Origin: Bacteroidales bacterium
GTDB lineage: Bacteria; Bacteroidota; Bacteroidia; Bacteroidales; UBA12077
DNA: 64,000 bases
Assembly: GCA_963665525.1 (NCBI GenBank)
Contig: OY762280.1
Coordinates: 705,451-769,450 of the forward strand
Reading direction: 5' to 3'
Shown here: positions 28,939 through 36,713 of the stretch, piece by piece
Layout of the letters: the number at the start of each line of letters is the position of its first letter
Numbering within the stretch: the stretch's first letter is position 1
The notes under the pieces: model-generated
What the model saw: only the letters and a program-made list of their open reading frames with translations
Database searches by the model: none
What the model was told of the DNA's origin: nothing
Made by a program: the position numbers and the translations under genes

Positions 28939-31308
28939 ATGTTTATAAAGAATATTATTTTATCGATACGAATTATGTTAAGAAGCAAACTGTTTTCGTT
29001 TCTTAATATTGTTGGATTAGCTTTTGGATTGGCTTGTACAATTCTATTGTATTTATGGGTTACCGATGAATTATCATATAATACTTACCACGAAAAAGTC
29101 GATCGTATATTTATTGTTCAGCACTGGCAACATTATGGCGACGAAGATTATCATGTTTGGGTGGGACCTGGTCCTATGGCTGCAGCATTTAAAGAAAAAT
29201 ATCCAGAGGTTGAGGCAATTGCGCGATATAGTAGAGCTTATAATGGTTTAGTAAGTTATAAAGATAAAAAATTAACACAAGAGGTAGGTGCTGCTGATCC
29301 TGAAATTCTTGATATTTATACCTGCCCGTTTGTACAAGGAAGTAAGGAGGATTTTGCTTCAGGACTAGATAATATAATTATTTCAGAAGAGATTGCTCAA
29401 CAATATTTTGGAGATGATGACCCCATTGGAAAAACATTGGTTGTTGATGGTAAATTTTCTTTTATCGTACAAGGAGTATTTAAGAATTTTCCAGATAATG
29501 TAAGTTTTGATTTTGATATTTTAATCCTCTTTGAAAAACTTAAAGATTTTGGACAGGATTTAGAGTCTTGGGGTACGAATTGGTGTTTTAATCTTGCTTT
29601 GCTTCACGAAGGAGTAGACTACAAAGAATTTGAGAAGAAAGCAGTTACCTTTCTTGATGAGATGAAGGAAAATCCGGAGGACCGTAAAAACGAAGTATTT
29701 TTAAATCCTTTAGCTAGGGTGTACTTGCATGACATTGAAGGTGGCGGTCGCATTGAAATGGTTCGTCTTTTTGGTATCATTGCTGCTTTTATTCTAATTA
29801 TTGCTTGTTTTAATTATACCAATTTGGCTACAGCTAGAGCTGAGAACAGGGCAAAAGAAATAGCGGTTCGAAAAGTGATGTCTGCTTCAAAAGGCAGGTT
29901 AATTAAACAATTTTTAGGTGAGTCTTTAATTTTTACATTTTTAGCTCTTAATTTTTCGCTCATCATTGTTCAGCTTTTACTGCCAACATTTAATGAAATG
30001 GCTAATAAAGAGCTATACATGGATTATTCAAATATAACAATCATATTAAGTTTAATATTTATATGGTTGTTTACAAGTTTAGCAGCAGGAATTTATCCTG
30101 CTTTTGTATTATCATCATTTAAAGTAGTAAGCACATTAAAAGGATCCAAAGGAAATAGTTCTCGAGGTGGAGTTTTTAGAAAAGTGCTTGTAGTTATTCA
30201 GTTTTCGTTATCTATTGGGTTAATAATATGTACTTTAGTTGTTAATAAGCAAATAGAGTTTCTAAAGCAGAAAGATTTAAAGTTTGATAAAAACAACATG
30301 GTGTATGTTCAAATTCAAGGAAAAATGATGGATAGGTATGATATTATTAAACAGGGATTGTTAAATAATCCTAACATTCTTAGCCTTACAAGAACATCTC
30401 ATCAATCTCCATTTATGGTAGGTAGTAATGGTGGTGGATGGCAATGGGAAGGGAAAGATCCAGATGTTAGTCCATTAGTATCAGCGATGGTTGCAGATGA
30501 GAATTTTATTAAAACATTTAAAATTAAGCTTTTCGAAGGTAGATATTTTTCTCCCGAATTTAGTTCAGATACTGCTAGTGCCAGCACAAAGGTATACAAT
30601 ATCGTAATTAATAAAATGTTTGCCGATATTATTGGCGATAATGCGGTTAATAAGATTTTGCATCGCGGCGGGACATATAAATTCCCTGTAATTGGAATTA
30701 TTGATGATTTTGCATATTTACCGGCAAATCAAATGAACAGGCCGTTAGCTATTTATTTTTATGAAGGTGAATATCGTTATATTTTTATTCGGGTAACTGG
30801 AAACGAAATAGCAGAAACAATTAAATATATTCAGTCAGTATTTGAGGAATATAACCCTGGTTTTGTATTCGATTATGGTTTCTTAGCTGAAGGATATGAA
30901 ACTTTATATAGTGATGAAGAACGTGTTAGTAAGATTATGAGATCGTTTACCATTTTTGCAATTTTAATCTCATGTTTAGGATTATTTGGTTTGGCGGCCT
31001 TTTCGGCACAAAAGAAAACTAAAGAAATTGGAATAAGAAAAGCTTTAGGAGCTCCAGTTATGAACATTATCTTATTGCTTTCGAAAGAAATGACAAAGTG
31101 GGTATTGATTTCTAATATTATTGCCTGGCCTGTTGCATATTTTCTAATGAATAAACTTTTAGATAATTATCCATATCACTACGAAATGACCATCTGGATA
31201 TTTTTAATAGCTGGAGTAACTGCATTTGGTTTATCAATCTTAACAGTCATTTATCAAGCCTTGGTTGCATCAGTTAGAAATCCAGTCGATAGCTTAAGGT
31301 ATGAATAA
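28939..31308 (+). CDS. MacB/FtsX-family permease 3, double FtsX module, no ATPase domain
   Basis: 789 aa. N-terminus IILSIRIMLRSKLFSFLNIVGLAFGLACTILLYLWVTDELSYNTYH, two TM1-loop-3TM halves, C-terminus NPVDSLRYE. Confidence 0.85.
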   Translation: MFIKNIILSIRIMLRSKLFSFLNIVGLAFGLACTILLYLWVTDELSYNTYHEKVDRIFIVQHWQHYGDEDYHVWVGPGPMAAAFKEKYPEVEAIARYSRAYNGLVSYKDKKLTQEVGAADPEILDIYTCPFVQGSKEDFASGLDNIIISEEIAQQYFGDDDPIGKTLVVDGKFSFIVQGVFKNFPDNVSFDFDILILFEKLKDFGQDLESWGTNWCFNLALLHEGVDYKEFEKKAVTFLDEMKENPEDRKNEVFLNPLARVYLHDIEGGGRIEMVRLFGIIAAFILIIACFNYTNLATARAENRAKEIAVRKVMSASKGRLIKQFLGESLIFTFLALNFSLIIVQLLLPTFNEMANKELYMDYSNITIILSLIFIWLFTSLAAGIYPAFVLSSFKVVSTLKGSKGNSSRGGVFRKVLVVIQFSLSIGLIICTLVVNKQIEFLKQKDLKFDKNNMVYVQIQGKMMDRYDIIKQGLLNNPNILSLTRTSHQSPFMVGSNGGGWQWEGKDPDVSPLVSAMVADENFIKTFKIKLFEGRYFSPEFSSDTASASTKVYNIVINKMFADIIGDNAVNKILHRGGTYKFPVIGIIDDFAYLPANQMNRPLAIYFYEGEYRYIFIRVTGNEIAETIKYIQSVFEEYNPGFVFDYGFLAEGYETLYSDEERVSKIMRSFTIFAILISCLGLFGLAAFSAQKKTKEIGIRKALGAPVMNIILLLSKEMTKWVLISNIIAWPVAYFLMNKLLDNYPYHYEMTIWIFLIAGVTAFGLSILTVIYQALVASVRNPVDSLRYE

Positions 31309-31309
31309 A

Positions 31310-32659
31310 TTAAAATTGTAAAGAAAAACTTGTTTCTGTTTCGCTAGACTGAGCAGAAATACTACCACCATGCAATCGCATTATTTGACGAGCAAGGCTT
31401 AATCCAATTCCGGAGCCTTGCTCTTTTGTTGTAAAGAATGGCATAAATATTTGGTCTATGATTTCGTCAGGTATGCCAGGTCCATTATCTACTACTGATA
31501 TTTCGGTTCTTTTATCTGCGTTCACATGTGCAATCATCTTTATTTCTTTATGATCAGTATGAATAATGGATTCGATTGCATTCTTTAAAAGATTAATTAA
31601 TATTTGCTCAATAAGTTTTTTATCAGCTTCAATCATAATTGCTTCTGGATTTGTATTTGTTGCAATTTTGATATTATTCTTATCTATAGAATCTTGAAAA
31701 AGTAAAATAATCTTATGAAAAAGAGGGGTGAGTTCAATTTTACTAATTTTTAAAGCTTGTATTTTTGTCAAACTTCTGTATTTCTCTACAAATTCTTGAA
31801 GTCCGGCACTTCTATCTTCAATTAAGGAAGTGTTTATGAGTGCATCTTTAATTTGATCATTATCTAAATTTTCAATAGTCCCCGGTTCTCCATCAATAGT
31901 TAGACACTTATTTATTGCAAGGGTTAGATTAGAAATAGGAGTAATGGAGTTCATGATTTCGTGAGTTAAAATACGAATTAGTTTTTGCCACGAAATCAAT
32001 TCGTTTTCTTCCAGTTCATTTTTAACATCCTGAAATGAGATAAGTTTTAGATGATCATTTTCGAATTTAAATTTTGTTGAACGAACTAATATTTGAGTAA
32101 ACTGATTGTTTATTTTTAAACGTATAACCTTTTGATCTCCCGGGTTTATATTATCTAATTCCTTATGTAAATCAGGAATTGTAGATTTAATTTTGCCTAG
32201 AGAATTAACTGATTCCAGGCAAAGTAATTTTTTTAGTGCTTGATTAGTATGTATTATATTTCCGGTTTCATTAACTGTCAATATTCCTATAGGGATATGT
32301 TCGACAACAAATTCGAAATATTTGGAGCTTTTTTCTGATTTAATTCTAGATTGTCCAATTAAATCAGCCACTTCGTTTAAGGTAGAAGCTAATTCCTTAA
32401 ATGCACCTTTATTATCGTTAAATTTTAATTGTGTTGATGAACCTTCATCTTTCAGTGCAGCAAAGAAACGAGATAGTTCAAAATTTGTTTTATTAATATA
32501 ATTGATAAGCGAAATCACTTGTATTACAAGTAATGAACTTAAAGTGATAATGGTATATATTTTATCAAGCTCACGAAAACTAAATGATAACCACAGACAA
32601 TTAAGCAAAAGCAAAATTATTCTGATAATGATATTAAAATAGAATCTTTTATAAATCAT
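31310..32659 (-). CDS. Sensor histidine kinase (module 4), short-loop 2-TM type
   Basis: 449 aa. TM1 FNIIIRIILLLLNCLWLSFSF, loop RELDKIYT, TM2 IITLSSLLVIQVISLINYI. H-box ILTHEIMNSITPI, G-boxes VVDNGPGIP and GSGIGLSLARQIMRLHGG. Confidence 0.9.
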   Translation of the reverse strand: MIYKRFYFNIIIRIILLLLNCLWLSFSFRELDKIYTIITLSSLLVIQVISLINYINKTNFELSRFFAALKDEGSSTQLKFNDNKGAFKELASTLNEVADLIGQSRIKSEKSSKYFEFVVEHIPIGILTVNETGNIIHTNQALKKLLCLESVNSLGKIKSTIPDLHKELDNINPGDQKVIRLKINNQFTQILVRSTKFKFENDHLKLISFQDVKNELEENELISWQKLIRILTHEIMNSITPISNLTLAINKCLTIDGEPGTIENLDNDQIKDALINTSLIEDRSAGLQEFVEKYRSLTKIQALKISKIELTPLFHKIILLFQDSIDKNNIKIATNTNPEAIMIEADKKLIEQILINLLKNAIESIIHTDHKEIKMIAHVNADKRTEISVVDNGPGIPDEIIDQIFMPFFTTKEQGSGIGLSLARQIMRLHGGSISAQSSETETSFSLQF

Positions 32660-34022
32660 ATTTACTCATTTTGGAATATAATGTAGATCTTGAAATATCT
32701 AATATCTTGGCTGCTTTACTTAGATTGCCATTTGCCTTTTTTAGAGCATTCTCAAGAACAAGTTTTTCGGCATCAGCTAAGGTCTCAATATTTGTGAATC
32801 CTTGCTGTTTAATAGTGTAATCGTGACCAAAGAAATCCGATTCATTTAAACTGTTTGATTCGCATAAAATAACTGCTTTTTCAACAGTATGTTTTAATTC
32901 TCGAATATTTCCCGGCCAGTTGTGATTCATTAATTTATCGTAAGCCTTTCCGCTTAATTTTAATAATGGCTTTTGATATTGTTTACAGTATTTCTTAACA
33001 AAATATTCAGCAAGTTCAATAATATCATCGTCTCTGTCTCGTAATGGAGGTACAGTTATTTCAATTGTATTTAATCGATATAACAAATCTTCTCGGAAAA
33101 GATTTTCTTTCACTAAATTTTTCAGGTTATTATTTGTGGCAGAAATTAAGCGAATATCAATAGGAATATTAGTATTTGAACCCAGCGGTACTATTTGTCT
33201 TTGCTCTAATACAGTTAATATTTTCGATTGTAGTAATAATGATAGATTACTGATCTCATCTAAGAATAAAGTTCCTTTATCGGCTAATTCAAATCTACCA
33301 ATACGCGATTCTTTGGCATCGGTAAAAGCACCCTTAGCGTGTCCAAAAAGCTCGCTTTCAAAAAGGGTTTCTGCAACTGATCCCATATCAACACTAATAA
33401 ATGGATCTTTATTTCGTGCCGATAAAAGATGAATCTCACGTGCAATGAGTTCTTTCCCGGTTCCATTTTCTCCCTGAATTAAAATATTAGCATCAGTCTC
33501 AGCAACTTTTTGGATCGTTTTTAAAAGATTTTTAATGACAGGTGAGTTTCCAATTATTTGGTTTTCTAATTTATTGATATCGGCATTTAAAGCTTTATTT
33601 TTGTTTTTCAACTTATTCAGTTCGGTTTTTGCTTTTCTAAGTTTTAGTCCTGATTGAATGGTTGTGATCAGTTTGTTAGGATCCCAGGGTTTGGTAATGA
33701 AGTCGGTTCCACCTTCTTTTATTGCTTTTACAGCAAGTTCTATGTCACCATATGCTGTCATTAATAAAACAATGGCATTTGGATCTATATTTAAGATTTC
33801 TCTCAACCAGTAAATCCCTTCGTTTCCCGTATTTTCAGAAGCTTTAAAGTTCATGTCCAATAATATTACATCAAATTGCAATGTGCTAATCAGATGATGT
33901 ATGGAATTTGGATTTGAAATGGTTTTTATCTCGTTAAAATCGTGTTTTAATAATTGTTTTAGAGAACTAAGTATGCTGGTGTTGTCGTCAACAATTAAGA
34001 TATTTCCTTCTTTTTTAGTCAT
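32649..34022 (-). CDS. Sigma-54-dependent response regulator (NtrC family), module 4
   Basis: 457 aa. ILIVDDN...VILLDMNF, GENGTGKE, GAFTDA, LFLDEIS, HTH LDISRSTLYSKMSKYDL. Confidence 0.9.
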   Translation of the reverse strand: MTKKEGNILIVDDNTSILSSLKQLLKHDFNEIKTISNPNSIHHLISTLQFDVILLDMNFKASENTGNEGIYWLREILNIDPNAIVLLMTAYGDIELAVKAIKEGGTDFITKPWDPNKLITTIQSGLKLRKAKTELNKLKNKNKALNADINKLENQIIGNSPVIKNLLKTIQKVAETDANILIQGENGTGKELIAREIHLLSARNKDPFISVDMGSVAETLFESELFGHAKGAFTDAKESRIGRFELADKGTLFLDEISNLSLLLQSKILTVLEQRQIVPLGSNTNIPIDIRLISATNNNLKNLVKENLFREDLLYRLNTIEITVPPLRDRDDDIIELAEYFVKKYCKQYQKPLLKLSGKAYDKLMNHNWPGNIRELKHTVEKAVILCESNSLNESDFFGHDYTIKQQGFTNIETLADAEKLVLENALKKANGNLSKAAKILDISRSTLYSKMSKYDL

Positions 34023-34042
34023 TTTAATACTTATATTTAATA

Positions 34043-34050
34043 CAAATATA
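34043..34050 (-). promoter_or_regulatory. Bacteroidota-type -7 box (TAnnTTTG) for the RR4-HK4 operon
   Basis: Minus strand reads TATATTTG, 21 nt upstream of the RR4 ATG. Confidence 0.35.
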
Positions 34051-34064
34051 AATTAAAAAATAAA

Positions 34065-34105
34065 ATTGTATAAAATATGGCACCTATTGTCGTATTTTAT
34101 ACAAT
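34065..34105. promoter_or_regulatory. 13-nt perfect inverted repeat ATTGTATAAAATA-N15-TATTTTATACAAT in divergent region 4
   Basis: Arms at 34065-34077 and 34093-34105. The spacer contains TGGCAC (34078-34083). It lies 64-104 nt upstream of the candidate -24/-12 element at 34169. Confidence 0.4.
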
Positions 34106-34168
34106 TCTTAATGTGAAAGTATTAGTATATTGTAGGTAAGTTGCATATATATAATATTTTAAGTTGTT

Positions 34169-34185
34169 TGGTATAATGTTGGCAA
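34169..34185 (+). promoter_or_regulatory. Candidate sigma-54 -24/-12 element upstream of FtsX permease 4
   Basis: TGGTATAATGTTGGCAA, 37 nt before the ATG. The GG and GC dinucleotides are at canonical -24/-12 spacing. Confidence 0.35.
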
Positions 34186-34205
34186 TATGTAAATAAAATA
34201 TTGTT

Positions 34206-36569
34206 ATGATAAAAAATTATTTTAAAACAGCCATAAGAAACTTGTTACGTTACAAGTGGAACTCTTTATTTAACATCTTAGGATTGTCAATTGGAATTGC
34301 ATGTTTTATTTACATTTTATTTTTATTGAGGTTTGAACTAAAGTATGATAGCTTTCATAAAGATATTGAGAGGATTTATCGTATTCCTATGACATTGAAG
34401 GTTAAAGGACGAACAACTAACTATGCTGGTATGCCTAGTAAATATGGTAGGTATATAAAGAATAATTTTAGCGAGGTTGAGAAATTTGCCAGAATAAGAC
34501 CATCAACAACGACTATCTTCTCGTATCAGGATAAAAAGTTTATTGAGGAAAATTTTAAATATGTAGAACAAGATATCTTCGATATTTTCACATTTGAATT
34601 TATTAATGGAAATCAAAAAACAGCTTTGGTCAATCCTTTTACTGCAGTTATTACCGAAGAGATATCTGCTAAGTATTTTGGTGCAGAAAACCCAGTTGGA
34701 AAACTTATTAAAATTGATACTGCATTTTATGAAGTTACTGGGGTTATTAAAAAACTTCCTCGAAATTCCAGATTAAAACTCGATGTGTTTTTATCTTTTG
34801 TTACAGGAAACCCTGATCAACATGATGATTGGAGAGCAGGAGGTTTTTTGCATACCTTTATTAAATTAAAAGAAGGGATTAATCCAGATGAATTTAATAA
34901 GAAACTACTACAAGTTCCTGAAATAGTATCGGGTGAAACCCTTAAAGAGCAAGGAGAAGTAAATATACCATATCTTCAAGCTTTAAAAGATATTCATACG
35001 GATAATTCTATTGATTATACATGGGATACAGAACCAATTACAAACCCTACATATATTTATATTCTTTTTGTAACAGGTATATTTATTTTAATCATTGCCA
35101 GTTTAAATTTCATTAATCTATCAACAGCAAAATATATATCACGTTCAAAAGAAGTTGGTTTAAGAAAAGTATCGGGGGCTTCACGTTGGCAGTTAATTAT
35201 TCAATTTTTTGGGGAATCGGTTTTATTGGTTTTTATTGCTCATATTATAGGAATGTTTTTAGTAGAACTAAGTATTGATAAGTTTAACGAGATAACACAA
35301 ATTAATCTGGATGTCGATTATAGTTCTCTGTTTATATGGATTATTATAATTGGGTTGATTTTATTTATAGGGATTATTGCAGGAAGTTATCCTGCATTTC
35401 TATTATCTTCATTCAACCCTGTTAATATTTATAATAATAAAGCTGGACGTAAAAGAGGAAGCAGCCTAAGAAAGATACTGGTAATCATTCAATATACAGT
35501 AACAATAATTCTGATAATTGGTACAACGTTTATTATTAAACAAGTCAATTTTATGGTTAACGCTCCTTTGGGTTTTAATAAAGAGCAAAAACTGATTGTT
35601 GAATTTCCTCGTGAGTTATTGAATATAAATAGTTATAAAGCTGTTAAAAATGAGTTCAACGAAATTCCTGGAGTATATTCAACTTGTTTTTCGTCAAGCG
35701 TTCCCGGAAGATGGCGTTATAAGTGGAGAATATGGGCTACTGGCGAAGAAGAGATGTCTAAACATATTTATTGCACTCAGGTTGATAATGACTATTTTGA
35801 TGTTTATGATATTAAGCTATTAAAAGGAGAGAAATATTTTATAGAAAATACAAGAGATACTGATTGGATATTGAATGAATCGGCAATGAAAATTTATGGA
35901 TGGAATATTGATTCAGTTTTGTATCAATCGTTACAAGGAAGACATAATATTAAAGCTGTTGTTAAAGATTACCATTTTGAAGGTTTACAGAAAAAGATTG
36001 AACCTTTAGCTTTCTTTCATATTAGTGATGATATTCGTTATTTGACAATTCAGTTAGAAAAAGGAAATACAGGTCAGCAATTAGCACGTGTTAAAGAGAA
36101 GTATCTGGCATTATATCCTGATTTAGTTTTCAATTACTTTTTTCTTGATCAAGATTTTGAAAGGCAGTATCAAGCAGAAAAACGTATTGTTAAACTGTTT
36201 TCAATATTTACAACAATAGGTTTAATCATAGCGATAATAGGAATATTTGGGTTGGCAGTGTTTATGTGTCAACAAAAAGAAAAAGAAATTGGAATTCGAA
36301 AAGTGAATGGAGCTTCAAGTTGGGATATATTCAAGCTTTTATCTTTCGATTTTTCTAAATGGATTTTCATATCCTTTGTTATTTCTATTCCAATTGTGTA
36401 TTGGGGAGTAAGTATTTGGATTAAAAACTTTGCTTATCAGGTTAATGTTTCTTGGTTTGTGATCTTATTATCAGGCATTTTAGCTTGGTTGATTGCTATA
36501 CTAACCATATCTTATCAGGCATTAAGGTCGGCACGAAAAAATCCTATTGAGTCATTGAGATACGAATAA
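34206..36569 (+). CDS. MacB/FtsX-family permease 4, double FtsX module, no ATPase domain
   Basis: 787 aa. N-terminus YFKTAIRNLLRYKWNSLFNILGLSIGIACFIYILFLL, two TM1-loop-3TM halves, C-terminus NPIESLRYE. Confidence 0.85.
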   Translation: MIKNYFKTAIRNLLRYKWNSLFNILGLSIGIACFIYILFLLRFELKYDSFHKDIERIYRIPMTLKVKGRTTNYAGMPSKYGRYIKNNFSEVEKFARIRPSTTTIFSYQDKKFIEENFKYVEQDIFDIFTFEFINGNQKTALVNPFTAVITEEISAKYFGAENPVGKLIKIDTAFYEVTGVIKKLPRNSRLKLDVFLSFVTGNPDQHDDWRAGGFLHTFIKLKEGINPDEFNKKLLQVPEIVSGETLKEQGEVNIPYLQALKDIHTDNSIDYTWDTEPITNPTYIYILFVTGIFILIIASLNFINLSTAKYISRSKEVGLRKVSGASRWQLIIQFFGESVLLVFIAHIIGMFLVELSIDKFNEITQINLDVDYSSLFIWIIIIGLILFIGIIAGSYPAFLLSSFNPVNIYNNKAGRKRGSSLRKILVIIQYTVTIILIIGTTFIIKQVNFMVNAPLGFNKEQKLIVEFPRELLNINSYKAVKNEFNEIPGVYSTCFSSSVPGRWRYKWRIWATGEEEMSKHIYCTQVDNDYFDVYDIKLLKGEKYFIENTRDTDWILNESAMKIYGWNIDSVLYQSLQGRHNIKAVVKDYHFEGLQKKIEPLAFFHISDDIRYLTIQLEKGNTGQQLARVKEKYLALYPDLVFNYFFLDQDFERQYQAEKRIVKLFSIFTTIGLIIAIIGIFGLAVFMCQQKEKEIGIRKVNGASSWDIFKLLSFDFSKWIFISFVISIPIVYWGVSIWIKNFAYQVNVSWFVILLSGILAWLIAILTISYQALRSARKNPIESLRYE

Positions 36570-36713
36570 GCAAATGTTGAAAAATAAAATACTTGCTTAA
36601 ATTCATTGATATAATGGATCAACTTATTTGTATAATTAAGTCACATGTTTGTATAATATCTTTTTTTCATTTTTAGAAATATCTTTAATTTATGAGGTAT
36701 TAAAAAATAGAAA

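Larger units (their letters stand above)
15452..36569. repeat. Four tandem diverged copies of a ~5.3-kb three-gene cassette (HK + sigma-54 RR on minus, FtsX permease on plus)
   Basis: Units are 15452-20693, 20694-26006, 26007-31309 and 31310-36569 (5242, 5313, 5303 and 5260 nt). Gene order, orientation and protein lengths are the same in each unit. Paralogs align along their full length in the translations. Confidence 0.85.

Noticed and set aside
34078-34083. The only perfect TGGCAC hexamer in the divergent regions, which could be the true sigma-54 -24 box for FtsX4.
   Set aside because: No TTGC-like -12 box follows at the proper spacing (TTGT is 2 nt too close). It sits in the spacer of the 13-nt inverted repeat, 128 nt from the ATG. 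It is kept only as an alternative to the element at 34169.
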